Positions 48,939 to 62,655 of a stretch of DNA of 64,000 bases are shown here, piece by piece (position 1 is the first letter of the stretch; each line of letters starts with the position of its first letter). Source of the DNA: Squalus acanthias (Eukaryota); contig CM059431.1 of assembly GCA_030390025.1 (NCBI GenBank), forward strand, positions 104,534,001-104,598,000, written 5' to 3'. Below the pieces are notes generated by a model. It was not told the origin of the DNA, did no database searches, and was given only the letters and a program-made list of their open reading frames with translations. A program made the position numbers and the translations under genes.

Positions 48939-49654
48939 CACTCAAAATGAGCCATATGCTTGATAACTTGTGTTATCAATGTTTTGAATTCTTTATGTAG
49001 AAAAAAACATAAGTTGCCTCTGTGACAGAAATCATGGATTGGACAGGAGCGAGTTATGTATAAAGTGAACTCACAGTAAGTCCCAGTTGTACATGTTAGT
49101 TTTGAGGCAATGGACACATTTCTATTATGTTTGCTTAGAGGCTAAAACATGCTGATATCTCACCACATTTTATTATTTCAGAAAGCAAAGCTTTCCATGT
49201 GATTACTTGGAGATTTTAACACCGTCAGTCAAATGTGGTGATCGCTTTCCTCCCACGGAATTTTCGCATATTCAATGTTGGTAACATCAGAAAGCCAACA
49301 ATTTCGCAATAATAACAACAACTTCTATTTATACAGTGCCTTTAACGTAATAAAATATCCCAAGGTGCTTCACAGGAGTGTTAGGGAAAAAAGAAAATTG
49401 ACACCGAGCCACATAAGGAGATATTGGGGCAGGTGACCAACAGCTTGGTCAAAGAGGTAGGTTTTAAGGAGCATCTTAAAGGAGGAGAGAGAAGTGGCGA
49501 TGCAGAGAGATTGAGGGAGGGTGAATAAATGATGCTGGTTTTACACTTCTCAAACACCTAAATTGACACCTAACCTTGAAAACTGATGAAGGTGCCTTTA
49601 ACCCAGCTCTGGGGTGAGCAAAACCACGTCGAAATGTCCGAGCGGAGACTTTTT

Positions 49655-50383
49655 GGGCTGGATTTTCAATGACCCGTGGAGTCGGGTTTGGAGGCGTGTG
49701 GGGGGTTAAAGTTGCAGATTCGGGGTCCTGACCCCATCCCGACTCCATTCCGCCTCCACGCAATTTTGACAAAATCGGTCGCGGGGTTCCCGACTCCGTC
49801 CCGCCTCCAAGAGGTGGGAGAGGCCATTAACGCCCTTAGCAAGGCCTAAATTGGCTCTGTAATGCCATTTTGAAACGTTTTAGCTAGTTTAATCCTTTTC
49901 CGACGTGAAGTACGCCTGATGTGAAACACACCAGTGAAACCTGGCAGGAGCACAAGTGGATAGCTGACTATCAGCTGCAGGTCCACTATTACAACGGAGA
50001 TGTGATGAAGGTAGTAGTAGTATTGTGATGAAGGTAGTAGTAGTATTAGGTCTGAAAGTCGCCTCTGATGCTGCTGCATTGAATGTCTTCAGAGACTGTC
50101 TCTCTCTCTCTCTCTTGCTCTCTCTCTCTCAGATGCTGCTCATTTTGCATCCAAGTCCTCTCACAGCAAAGGCCATGCAATCTCTGGACCCAGGCAGTCT
50201 CTGACCTGCAATGATGACATCATCAGAGGCGACTTTCAGACTGAAACCACTAATTGGTTCATGGGTTCCCACATGCTGGAACTCAATTGCCCAATTAGGT
50301 GAAAATTGCATCAATCTCCCACATCCAATTGCAGGCGGGTGGATAACACGACCCCAACCCGCTCCAGTATCAAAATCCAGCCC
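49655..50383. mobile_element. About 730-bp non-autonomous Harbinger-like element
   Basis: Perfect TIRs GGGCTGGATTTT/AAAATCCAGCCC, TSD TTT. Confidence 0.88.
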
Positions 50384-50827
50384 TTTGAATCTGTAACCTG
50401 ATCCAAGCTCTGACGTGAGGACTCTTGACTCAGCGTGACTGTTTAGTAGAGGATCTTAACCAACCATGTCTGGCAGGAATACGCCGGGGTGGGGGAGCAC
50501 AGTTAAAATAGCTGGGTAACAAGTTAGTGCCCCGTTCGGGCTCGATTCCCACCCACCACCATCGTAATTGGGCCCATTTCTTTCAAGGCAGCAGAGGGGC
50601 CTGCTTGATTCAGGCGGGAGCTCATTAATACATGAAAATTGGGGCCCTGTGATGCCTTTGTGCAGGTTAGAAGTGCGAGGCCCCGGGGCCGCCGACAGGA
50701 GCAAGGTAAAACCTGGGGGAGGGGGAGGAGGTTGGGCCATTTATGGGCTGGAAGAGGGGCAGCCCAGGGCAGCTGAGGCCAAATTCTTCCCCTCAATTAT
50801 CCTGTCGTGACCCTCCTGCTGTTATAA

Positions 50828-51190
50828 TACATAGAATTACATAGAATGTACAGAACAGAAACAGGCCATTCGGCCCAACAGGTCTATGCCGGTGTTCATG
50901 CTCCACACGGCCCTCCTCCCACCTTAATTCATTTCACTCGATCAGCATAACCTTCTCTTCACTCATGTACTTATTTAGATTCCCCTTAAATACATCTTAA
51001 ACACATCTATGCGATTCACCACAACCACTCCATGTGGTAGCGAGTTCCACATTCTAACCACTCTCTGGGCAAAGAAGTTTCTCCTGAATTCCCTATTGGA
51101 TTTATTAGTGACAATCTTACATTGATGGCCCCTAGTTTTAGTCTTCCCCATAAGTGGAAACATCTTCTCTGTGTCTACCCGATTGAACCC
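50828..51190 (-). mobile_element. CR1 3' fragment
   Basis: Reads MFPLMGKTKTRGH...FFAQRVVRMWNSLP, CATAGAAT tail. Similar pieces at about 47410-47640 and 53775-54400. Confidence 0.8.
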
Positions 51191-51327
51191 TAATACTTGA
51201 AGAATTGCTTTACTGCTAGAGGTTAACCATGTTTTTGAGAAATCTATTGCACCATATTTCCTATTGCCACAACAGCTTTGATTTCAGTCAACTTGTTACA
51301 AATACATCTGGCATTTGAGTACACATT

Positions 51328-52093
51328 GGCCCTGAATTTCCGATCGGAGGCTTCCTGCGGGCGGATGCCTCCGATCGGAAAAAATCTACGCACTTACCCG
51401 CTGGCTCCGAAGGTCCCGAGACTTGCGATCCTGGGCCTCTCCTGTTGGAAATGCGCAGAGGCCCAGGTATCCCAGGGGCGCAGGCGGTTCGCTAGAGTCC
51501 CTGGGATCACGTGGGCCATGGGGAACCAATCAAAGAAGGGAATCCCCCTTCACACTTTTGACAGGTCTCTATGCACGGAACTGCCAAAAGTATGAATGGG
51601 GATCACTTAAAAAAAGTTAAAAATTAAATAAATAAATTAAAAAATCACATATTTAAAATTAGTTAAAATTACATTAAATTAAATATTTTAAACAAAAATT
51701 TAATTTTTTGAAAAAAATAATTAAAGTTTTTTACGGGGCTAAAAATGAACATACCTTTTTTAAAGTATTTTAAAATTATAAATGAGTGAAAATTTTTATT
51801 TTTTTTATTTTTTTAAACTCTTATGCTGGTAAAAGCAGACCTTACGCTGGCTTTTACCAGGCATAAGATTTTTAAAGGTTTTCAGCGGGCGGAGGTTGTG
51901 CAGAAAGCCAAACTCTCCCCCCGCGGAGGCCCTTCTCCAGGGCAGGTGGATGATCTGTCAAGAGGATTCTTCACAGATCGCAAGTGCCGGGTTTTAGCGC
52001 GTGCGCTTCGCGTACCTGAAACCGGCACTTGCGCCGCCCCTACGGGCGCGCACACACTTCGTACGCACCCGTGGGCGTCGGAAAATCCGGCCC
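51328..52093. mobile_element. About 765-bp Harbinger-like element with an AT-rich centre
   Basis: Ends GGCCCTGAATTTCC/GGAAAATCCGGCCC, flanks ATT/ATG. Inverted sibling at 62656-63420. Confidence 0.8.
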
Positions 52094-52096
52094 ATG

Positions 52097-52548
52097 GTGT
52101 CAGCCATGAATCAGTGGGTAGCAGAAGGCTGCGAGTTTGAGTCAGATTCCGGAGACTTGAGCACATAATCTCGGCTGACACTCCAGTGCCATTTCTGGGG
52201 GGAGTGCGGCATTAGTTGGAGGAGCCGTCTTTCGAATGAGACGTTAAACTGAGGCCCCCGTCTGCCCTCACAGGTGGACATAAAAAATTCCATGGCATTA
52301 TTTTGAAGAAGAGCAGGGGAGTTCTCCCAGAGTGTCCTGGCCAATAATTATCCTTCAACCAACATCACTAAAAAAGATTATCTGGTCATTATCACATTGC
52401 TGTTTGTGGGAGCTTGCTGTGCACAAATTGGCTGCCACGTTTCCGACATTACAACAGTGACTCCACTTCAAAATACTTCAGTGGCTGTAAAGCGCTTTGG
52501 GATGTCTTGAGGTTGTGAAAAGGTTATATATAAATGCAAGTCTTTCTC
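52097..52548 (+). mobile_element. DeuSINE
   Basis: Matches the other copies. Confidence 0.8.
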
Positions 52549-53297
52549 TATCTAAACATTAATAGATTAAGCCTATATGTTCCTAAACATTGTTTGATCC
52601 TTCTGCTAATGATGGAATTAATGCACCTAAAAGGGGTTTCTGCTGCATTTTCAGTGAAGTAACGCTGGCAGAGAGGGAGCAGCTCCAAGGAATTTCCTGG
52701 CCATAGTTTTATAATGGCATATGAATAAAGGTGTACATTTTGAATAGACAGAAAGAAAGAAAGACTTGCATTTATATAGCACCTTTCATGACCTCAGGAC
52801 ATCCCAAAGCGCTTTACAGCCAATGAAGTACGTTTGAAATGTAGTCACTGCTGTAATTTAGAGGCAGCCAATCTGTGCACAGCAAGCTCCCACAGACAGC
52901 AATGCCATAATGACCAGATAATCTTTTTTAGTGATGTTGTTTGAGGGATAAATATTGACCAGGATAAAAGATGGAACTTTGCAACAGCGTTTGGTGGTTT
53001 GGCAATAAAAAGCACCATGGCCCTCCCCAACAGAACTCCGATGCAGCTGATGTTGACATTAAGCAGCCCTGTGCTACTGAAGTCAATCATTTTCTGGAAC
53101 ACTGTTGGCGGTTAATGAGTCTTCTCCATTATGTCTGGACAGGGATCCTCTCAATTTTTTCCCCCACATGATACTTGTGCACACTCAGGTTTGCTTTGCA
53201 TTTAGAAACAACTCGCAACACATCACTGCACTTCCAACCAATTCATTGTACGTGAAGCGCTTTTGAGAGATGTGATAGGGTTACCATATGAATTCAA

Positions 53298-53511
53298 ATG
53301 TGAGAAGTCGCACAACACCAGGTTATAGTCCAACAGTTTTATTTGAAATCACAAGCTTTCGGAGCGCTGCTCCTTCGTCAGGTGACTTCACCTGACGAAG
53401 GAGCAGCGCTCCGAAAGCTTGTGATTTTAAATAAAAGCTGTTGGACTATAACCTGGTGTTGTGCGACTTCTCACATTTGTCCACCCCAGTCCAACACCGG
53501 CATCTCCACAT
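53298..53511. mobile_element. Palindromic Penelope-like insertion with two opposed hammerhead motifs
   Basis: About 91-bp arms around a CT spacer (53386-53387), a 32-nt 3' extension, and 13-bp TSD CATATGAATTCAA. Confidence 0.85.
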
Positions 53512-54906
53512 CATATGAATTCAAGTTCATTTGGCGGTTGTTGCTTTCGGTTACTTTGTACAAGCACCTTGACCTATGTTTACAAATGAAAATTGGACAT
53601 TCTAGTGCTAAAAGGGTTGACCTACTCAGCTCTTGAATGAAAATCCCTTCCCTCCAAATCTATAATGTTAGATCTCCAGTATTGTTACCACTCGGCAGCT
53701 GAAAATAGAACGATAACTGCAGTAAAGTTGAGGAAAGCTACTCGGAGCAAACCAACTAACTACTAGTATTACCTGGAATTTACAGCATAGAAACAGGCCA
53801 TTCGGCCCAACTGGTCAGTGCTGGTGTTTATGCTCCACACAAGCCTCCTCTCACCCCCTCTTTATCTCACCCTATCAGCCTATCCTATTCCTTTCTCCCT
53901 CAGACACTTATCTAGCTCCCCCTTTCCCTGTGCTATTCACCTCAACCACTCCCTGTGGTAGCGAGTTCCACATTCTAACCACTCTCTTGGTAAAGAAGTT
54001 TCTCCTGAATTCCCCATTGGATTTATTAGTGACTATCTTATATTTATGGCCCCTAGTTTTGGTCTCCCCACAAGTGGAAACATCTTCTCTAAGTCTACCC
54101 TACTGAACCCATTTCATAATTTAAAGACCTCTCAAACTTCAATTTTTGGGAGTAAAGAGCCCCAGCCTGTTCAGTCTTTTCTGATAGTTAGAAGCTCTCA
54201 GTTCTGGTATCATCCTTGTAAACCTTTTTTGGCACCTTCTCCAGTGCCTCTATATCTTTTTTTTATCATATGGAGACCAGAACTGTGCACAGTGCTCCAA
54301 GTGTGGTCTAACCAAGGTTCTGTATAGGTTTACCATATCTTTTCTGCTTTTTCAATTCTATTCCTCTCGAAATGAACCCCAGTGCTTTGTTTGCATTGTT
54401 AACTAGAAATAAGTGGACAAGTGAAAATGGCTGTGGAAAGTCACGTTCCACTTCAGTCCAGTGCCAGGTTAGGCTCGGACTCCAGATTCAGGCAGCATTT
54501 ACACTATAATGTAACATTTGCAAGGCCCCACGCTGCCTGCAATTTTGCGGGTTGTGCTCTCCCTCCTCTGAGTGATACTTGTGTGCATTGCATTGCAGTA
54601 TCTTAAAGCACTTTACACACAATGAATGACCACTGTAATTAGTTGTTAATTTACTTAACTGTTGTTACGTCGCAACTGTGTCAGCTATTCTGCACCAATA
54701 AATATCCCACAAATAGCAGTGAGTGGAATTAACTTTTCAGTGATATTGGTTGAGGGAGGAATGTTGGCCAAGACATCAGGAGAATTTTCCTTCAAATAGT
54801 GCCACGGGATCTTCGAGGTCCACTTGAACCACTGCAACAGCTGGAGCGGATCCACAGTATGACACCTCCAACAGAGCAGCACTCCCTTAGCACTGCAGAC
54901 TACAAT

Positions 54907-55656
54907 GGCCTGGAAATTGCGGTTGGAGCTTTGCCTGCCCGCATACGACTCCGAACCGCAAGAAAGCTACCTGGAGTCTCCAGAGCTTTGGACCCTCACG
55001 GTCCTGGGCCTGCGGGCGTAGGCCTGCGTAAAGGCCCACGGAGCCCGGGGGGCGCAGGCGCTTCGCAAGCGTCCCTGGAGTCACGTGGACCAGGCCAACC
55101 AATGACAAAGGGGGATTCCCATCATGCTTATGGGGATTCCATTTACCTACGGAATCCCCCATGAGCATAATAGGAATCACCTCATAAATAAAAGTTCACA
55201 ACACTGAAATAAAAATAAATGATCGCAGGTTCAAAATTAATTATAAGACCCTTTAATTAAACAGTTAAAATAAAAATTTAATTTTTTGAAAAATAAATTT
55301 AAACATTTTTAAATGGGACAAAAATAACCTGAACTAATTTTAAATGTAAGTGAATGTTTAAACATTTTATTTTAACCTTTATTTTAACCCTCACGCCTGG
55401 TAAAAGAAGGCCCTTCTGCCTGCTTTTACCAGGCGTGAGGGTTGGTGGGCATTCGCTGGGCAGCAGTTGGGGCTAAATAGCCCAACCCTGTGCCGGAGAA
55501 CGTGAATTTACAGCGGATGCATACGATCTGTCAAGGAGAAACTTGACAGCTCGCAAGTTCCGGGTTTTCACGCATCGCACGCGGAGACCCGGAACTTGCG
55601 TGGCCATTCGCGGCACTAGCGACGCACGCTGTCACAGGTCCCTTAAGCTCCGGGCC
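54907..55656. mobile_element. About 750-bp Harbinger-like element with an AT-rich centre
   Basis: Ends GGCCTGGA/TCCGGGCC, TSD AAT, same layout as 51328. Confidence 0.75.
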
Positions 55657-56818
55657 AATGCGTTCGTGAGGAAGAGCGATGCCACTTTTTTGCTGTCCGT
55701 CAGCAACACCGTTTGACGAGCTATTAACTCGTGCCAAAGTTGCGTTTTCTCACCTCACCAACAATATGTCCTTCCACCCCAATAAAAAGAGGGGGGAAAA
55801 AAAGCTGCAAATGTTGGAAATCTGAATTTAAAACAAAAAAGCCGCGAATGCAAGTGACTCAACATCTGTAATCGGGAAAGATGGATTAGTGTTTGGGGCA
55901 TTATTGGATTCTGATGGACCTGTTGTGTATTTCTAACATTTTGTATTTTTATTTTCACCGCCTTTTGTTACATTTTCACTCTCCAATAGTGCCACTCATC
56001 TTCGTCTATCTCTAATGTTCCACACCAGATAGGCTAGCAGAATGGGCAGACAAGTGGCAGATGCAATTTAATACAACGAAGTGTGAGGTGATGCATTTTG
56101 GCAGAAGGAACAGGGAGAGGCAATATACACTTAATGGCACAGTTTTAAAGAGTGCGCAGGGACAGAGGGACCTGGGAGTCATAGAGTCATAGGGTTATAA
56201 TGGCACAGAAGGAGGCCATTCGGCCCATCGAGTCCGTGCCGGCTCTTTGTAGAGCAATCCAGTCAGTCCCATTCCCCCGAGTTAATGTGCATAGGTCCCT
56301 GAAGGTGGCGGGACATATTGAGAGAGAGGTTAACAAAGCATATGGGATCTTGGGCTTCATAAATAGAGGTATTTTGTCTAATTATGTTCTGCAAAACGCC
56401 TTGGGATGTTTCTGTTACTGTGTAAGGGCAAGTTGCTGTTGATGTATTCCAATCAGAACTCTGAAAGAGAAATTCCGACCCTACCTCTGGGTTAGCAGCT
56501 GACCCCCTTGCCTGCCCAACACACCTTTACACAGCCACAAACCACTACACATTGCAGTGAAGTAACTGAACAGTTCAAAGAAATGTCACTAAAAAGGAGG
56601 ACCAGAAACACGCAGATGTTTCAACTTCAAACAGCCATTCGCAGATACTTCAAACTCTGCGCTTACATAATAACAGTGACTGCTCTCAAAAAACAATCCA
56701 TTGTAACAACAACAACTTGCATTTATATAGCGCCTGTAACATAGTAAAATGATTCCAAGGCGCTTCACAGGAGCGATTATCAAACAACATTTGTCACCAA
56801 GCCACATAAAGAGATATT

Positions 56819-57764
56819 GGGCCAAAAATTCGGCCCTTCCCGGGTGAGTACGGACTGTGTACTCACCCGTAAGGCGTCCCGAAGTGCCGGTTTCCTGCAT
56901 GCACTGCGCATGCGCGGGAAACCGGAACTTCCGGTCTGGTGAAGGGGGCGGTTCCTAGGTGAACCGCGTGCGCGGTAGAGGCTGCGCGCACGCAGCAAAC
57001 TTAGGTTTTTTTTCAGGTTTCTCCGGGAGGGTAAGTATTGAAGAACCTGCACATTTAAAAAGGACATGATGTGGAGATGCCGGCGTTGGACTGGGGTGGA
57101 CAAAAATGAGAAGTCGCACAACACCAGGTTATAGTCCAACAGATTTATTTAAAATTACAAAATTACAAAATCCGAAAGCTTGTAATTTTAAATAAATCTG
57201 TTGGACTATAACCTGGTGTTGTGCGACTTCTCATTTAAAAAGGAGGCGCAGGACCCGTTTTCAAAAAGGTAAGTGGTTAATTAAGTATAATTTAAAACTT
57301 TTTCAACAGGTTTATCTTTTTTAGATACTTTAAAGAAAGGTAAGTTTATTTTTAGCACTGTTAAAAAGTATTTTAATTTTTCAAAAATTTAAATTTTTGT
57401 TTAAAGTGGTTAATTTATTTAACTATAGTAATTTTATAAATGTGATGGGTTTTTAAAAACAATATTTTAAGTTTAGCTGTTCTTTTGGGGCCGATTTCAA
57501 TTCACAGATTTGACAGGTCTCCTGTCAAATCTATGAATGAAAGATGGTCTGCTGCCATTGGCTCTCCATGGCTCACGTGATCCCAGGGGACGCATCGCAC
57601 TAACTACGCCCCTAAGACACGCAAGCACTGCGCGCCGGCACTTGGAGCAGGCCCAGGAACTGAAGTTCCCGTGGGCCCAAAACACAACGGCAGGCGCGGT
57701 AGGTAAGTGCGCGCGCGATCGATCCTTACCCCCGCGGCAAGCCGGAGAGGCGAATTTCAGGGCC
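56819..57764. mobile_element. Harbinger-like element with an AT-rich centre, inserted in an L2 fragment
   Basis: Ends GGGCCAAAAATTCG/CGAATTTCAGGGCC, TSD ATT. Confidence 0.78.
57065..57231. mobile_element. Palindromic Penelope-like insertion with a deleted centre
   Basis: Inverted relative of 53298-53511, with 13-bp TSD CATTTAAAAAGGA. Confidence 0.82.
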
Positions 57765-58195
57765 ATTAGAACAAGTGCCCAAAGGTTTGGTCAAAGAGAT
57801 TAGTTTTAAGCAGCGTCTTAAAGGAGAAGAGAGAGGTAGAGAGGCGGAGAGGTTTAGGGAGGGTGCTCCAGAGCTTAGGACCTAGGCAGCTACAGTTTTC
57901 CTGCCACGTGCCAAATTCATATATCTAGTTTGGGCTGAAAATCATGATATAATAGGCATAACACACTCCAACCCCATACTGCCATCATCACAAGCACTCA
58001 AACCTCACGTTGTGATTGCAACACACTCAGTTGGCTACAGTGATCAGTGCTTTGATCCATATTTGAATAAATAATGCATTTATCTCTTCATGTTTTATTG
58101 CTTCAACCTTGAAGTTCGCTGTATATGTCTACTTATTAATGTTTTATTGAAATTCTGGTAGAGCAAAGTCGATGCAAAAATATCAGACATATATA

Positions 58196-58623
58196 AAGAA
58201 AGTCTTGCCTTTATATAGCACCTTTCACAACGACCGGACGTCCCAAAGCACTTTACAACCAATGAAGTACTTTGCTGATGTGTAGTCACTGTTGGAATGT
58301 AGGAAACGCGGCAGCCAAAATTGTGCACAGCAAGCTCCCGCAAACAGCAATGTGATAATGACCAGATAATCTGTTTTAGTGATGTTGATTGAGGGATAAA
58401 TATTGGCCAGGACACCGGGGATAACTCCCCTGCTCTTCTTCAAAATAGTGCCATGGGATCTTTTACATCCACCTGAGAGGGCAGACGGTGCCTCGGTTTA
58501 ACATCTCGTCCAAAAGTCAGCACCTCCAACAAAGCCAGCACGCCCTCAGTACTGCACTGGAGTTTCAGCCTAGATTTTTATGCTTAAGTCTCTGGAGTAG
58601 GACTTGAACCTCACAACCTTCTA

Positions 58624-58657
<34 letters not shown>

Positions 58658-58665
58658 GCTAACTG
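58196..58665 (-). mobile_element. DeuSINE
   Basis: Full-length reverse-complement copy. Confidence 0.85.
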
Positions 58666-59210
58666 GTCAGAAAATAAAGCAATGAGTATATTGTTGCAGC
58701 AATATATAGAAACTACCTACATTTGCAATGAACTACTGCAGCAATATATATAAAATATCTTAATCTGTATATAATAAAAAACAAATTTTTGAATTGTTCT
58801 TTTGAAACTGCTATTTTGTTTCAAAAATAATCTAAAATACAAGTTTAGAACATTTGCTTCGGTTCAACAACCTAAAATGTTGTTGCATTTCCAGTTCTAA
58901 TTATGTGCTGCTTTCTTTTTCCCATAACTTACATCCTTGTAATTTATTTCTTCTGATGTGATGAGTAGGAAACTATCTTTCCGTAATTTTTCATTTCCAA
59001 CATCGTGGGTTAGATTTTTTAATTTTAGATTATGTGTCACGAAATGGGTCTAACTGATGGAAGAAGAAAGAATGGAGATCCATAATGCTGGAGCTTGGCC
59101 CATTTAGCACATTACCCATATTTCTATTTCTGGTTTTGACAGCTCAAGAAGCTCTTACCTGCAACTTAATGTTAATGTGCTGATGGTGTCATTTAAAAAG
59201 AAAGATTTTG

Positions 59211-60042
59211 GGGGAAATATTGGGTAACGTTACTTTTTGGGGCGCTAATATCGTCCGGGAGCAAAGTTTAGCGCCCAGCGCTAATTATAGCCTCCAACTG
59301 CAAAATTCGCCTCTATCGCCCCCCTGGAGGTGATTGGAGCGCTAAATCAGGCGCTACACACCTCTCTTAAGGCACTAGCGTCGTGGAGCAAGGCGCTACC
59401 TCAGAGCGCTACCGAAGCTCAGGCGATGACAGTTACCATGGAAGCCAGACAGACTGGCGTCGTCCAGTTCTTAAAGAGGAGGGGCCATATTGCAGCCTTG
59501 AATCTCGGCCTGGAGAGAATTCTAAAGCAATTGTGTTGGAACCACTAATGGATAGGCCCAGGGAAAGAGCTCGGCACGTAAGAACCTCTAAAGTGGTGCT
59601 GAGGACCAAAACTCCTTAGGACAGCGTTAAATCTCCCCAGACGTCTCTCTTCCTCCCAACCTGCGTGTACCAAAAATTTTGCCGACAAGAAAAGGCAGGA
59701 AGTGGCCGCCTTTAAATAGCGCTCCCCCAGCACCTTCCCAACTTGAAAACGTTCCCCTCTACCTGTCGTTCCTAACGACAGGCGCTAAGGCAGGGGGCGC
59801 GACTCAATATCCAGTCCGGGGCGCTACCGGGGCATTGCATGCTCGACTGACGTCAGGATCTGCGGGCGCAGGAGATCGTGGTGGTACTGTTTTGCGCCGC
59901 CGCAAAACGACAGGTCAAATTCGCGAGCGGCGCTAAAATTGCTGCGCTCAGGCGCTAAGTTTCTAGCGCCCCATTAGCGCCTCCACCCTCCCCCCCCCCA
60001 AGGCACTAATGGGAGGCGCTAACCAAACTAATTTTCCCCCCC
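59211..60042. mobile_element. Non-autonomous relative of the autonomous Harbinger, inserted in a SINE tail
   Basis: Ends GGGG(G)AAATATT/AATTTTCCCCC, TSD TTG. Aligns along its length with 22724-23618. SINE continues at 60043-60390. Confidence 0.82.
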
Positions 60043-61883
60043 TTGTATTTATTCAGCACCTTTCATGACCTCAAGACATCCCATAGTCACTGCTGTAATG
60101 TAGAAAACGCGGCAGCCAATTTGCGCACAGCAAGCTCCCACAAACATCAATGTGATAATTACCAGAGTGTTACATCAGTGACGTTGGTTGAGGGATAAAT
60201 ATTGGCCCAGGACACCGGGGATTACTCCCCTGCTCTTCTTCGAAATGGTGCCGTGGGATCTTTTACATCCACCTGAGAGAGCAGACGGGGCCTCGGTTTA
60301 GGCTCGGTTTAAAGTCTCATCTGAATGATGGCACCTCCGACAGTGCAGCACTCCCTCTTGGGGTCTTGGTTTAATGTCTCATCTGAAAGGCATCCATGCT
60401 GTTTCCCACCGTCCCCACCCACATATTATTGGGCTGAAATTTGCTGGGAACCTGCGCCATCGCAATGGCGTACGCCGTAGATTTTCCATCGCTCTGGGGC
60501 AGGTTTCCATCACAGATTATCCAGGAAACTGCGGCGTTGCTGACTCAAGCCATCACTTACGCCCCACCATCATTTCCTGGGACTTGCTGAGCCACTCGTC
60601 CGTGACTCTCAACGAAACAGTGTGAATCCCAGTTTCATACCTCCGGCCCCCTATACAATCAATGGCCATGTCCAATTTGCTCCATTAACGATGCTTTGAT
60701 CGCTGCTGCTATTTAGACTGAACCCAGAATGACACTGGTGATCTGCGTCAATCTGACGTGTGCTGAAGGAAGAGGAATTCAAAATTTCATTGGAGAATTT
60801 CAACAAGCTGGAAAATGCACTGACTTAGTAAACGTTAAACTAACATAACGGCAAGTATATTTAGTAAAATAAACACAAATTAACAATAACAACACCAACA
60901 ACCTGTATTCATGTAGCGCCTTTCACATAGTAAAATGTCCCAAGGCGCTTCACAGGAGTGTTATAAGACAAAAAAATTTGACACCGAGCCACATAAGGAG
61001 CTATTAGGGCAGGTGACCAAAAGCTTGGTCAAAGTGCAGGGTTTTAAGGAGCGTCTTAAAGGAGAGAGAGGTAGAGAAGCGGAGAGGTTTCAGCAGGGAA
61101 TTCCGGAGTTTAGGACTGAGGCAACAGAAGGCACGGCCGCCAATGGTTGAGCGATTATAATCGGCGATGCTCAAGAGGCCAGAATTAGAGGAGCGCAGAT
61201 ATCTCGGGGGTTGTGGGGCTGGAGGAGATTACAGAGATAGGAGATTACAGAAATTGAGACATGCATATGCAGCGAGCACAGCTGGTCAAACACCCTGCAG
61301 TAACCACTCTGGCTGGTCCAAAGCAGAATTTTTATCCTTTGCAAATATCAAAGCCTTTTGACAATAACTTTTTTTAAAGGACAGCTATAGTTGTTTCAGC
61401 GTTAATGGTTCATTCAACTTATCTGGGAACATATGAGTTGGCAATAGGTCTCCAGATATTTTCCTGGCCACTCTTTCTGGCCGGACTCTTGCAGTTTACA
61501 GCAGATCCTTGATCGTCCAGCTCTCTTTAATCAATTGTGCTTTAGCATTAAACTTTGGATAAGCACCCAAATAATTTATTGAATACAGCATGGGGGTATC
61601 CCAGCTGGAGATTGCAGCATTTTCTTAACTTTTTAGCCGTTAATGTTAAGGGATCAATACATTGGCCGTCGGCTGCAATACTTGCAAATCGCCACTGTTC
61701 TCGCTGTGGCATATTCTAATGAGATGGCCAGCAAATTTTGGTGGAAATTCGCCACTGGAGGATCAGGGCATACAACGGTCTAACTTATGGTGCTCGTGGA
61801 CCAATGGACCATTCTTGCAAATTCCGGGCCAATGATTCATGTTCCTGCCCTATACAAAGTGGGCATCCTTGAATGTTAGGCAT

Positions 61884-62320
61884 GGAACTGGATATGGAAA
61901 TGGACAAAGCAGTCCGCTTGATTGGCACCCCATCCACCACCTTAAACATTCACTCCCTCCACCACTGGCGCACCGTGGCTGCAGTGTGTACCATCTACAA
62001 GATGCACTGCAGCAACTCGCCAAGGCTTCTTCGGCAGCACCTCCCAAACCCGCGACCTCTTCCACCTAGAAGGACAAGGGCAGCAGGTGCATGGGAACAC
62101 CACCACCTCCAAGTTCCCCTCCAAGTCACACACCATCCTGACTTAGAAGTATATCGCCGATCCTTCATCGTCACTGGGTCAAAATCCTGGAACTCCCTCC
62201 CTAACAGCACTGTGGGAGCACCTTCACAACACGGACTGCAGCGGTTCAAGAAGGCGGCTCACCACCACCTTCTCAAGGGCAACTAGGGATGGGCACATCC
62301 CATGAGCGAATAAAAAAAAT
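61884..62320 (+). mobile_element. 3' fragment of a CR1/L2-group LINE
   Basis: Same family as 2615-3400, ending in an AATAAAAAAAA tail. Confidence 0.8.
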
Positions 62321-62655
62321 AATTTCAGGAGCCCTATCTGAAGATACCTAGGAGCATTTCTCATTTGAGTGGTTGGAAGCCATTGTGGTGGTGAAGCTAT
62401 TTATTGCTATCAGCAACAACAATGGGTTCCCCCATGCGAATTCCCCTGTACATTTTTGGAGGGGGGAAAAGAGGAGCCCCAATGAAAGACTTGAACCCAC
62501 AACCTTCACGACTCAGAGGCGAGAATGCCACCACCGAGCCACCACTGACACGGTATAGCCTAACATTACTATCCATCGCTATCGAGTAAAGAGGTGGTCA
62601 AAGCAGGGTTGTTGCATCTCAACTGGATCTCAGCTGACAGCAGTCTAAAGGCAAT

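Noticed and set aside
49583..49650. CTGATGA...GAAA as another hammerhead
   Set aside because: Convincing stems I and II could not be formed by eye.
61380..61600. Ancient Penelope-like coding relic (GYP motif)
   Set aside because: Similarity too weak to support without a profile search.
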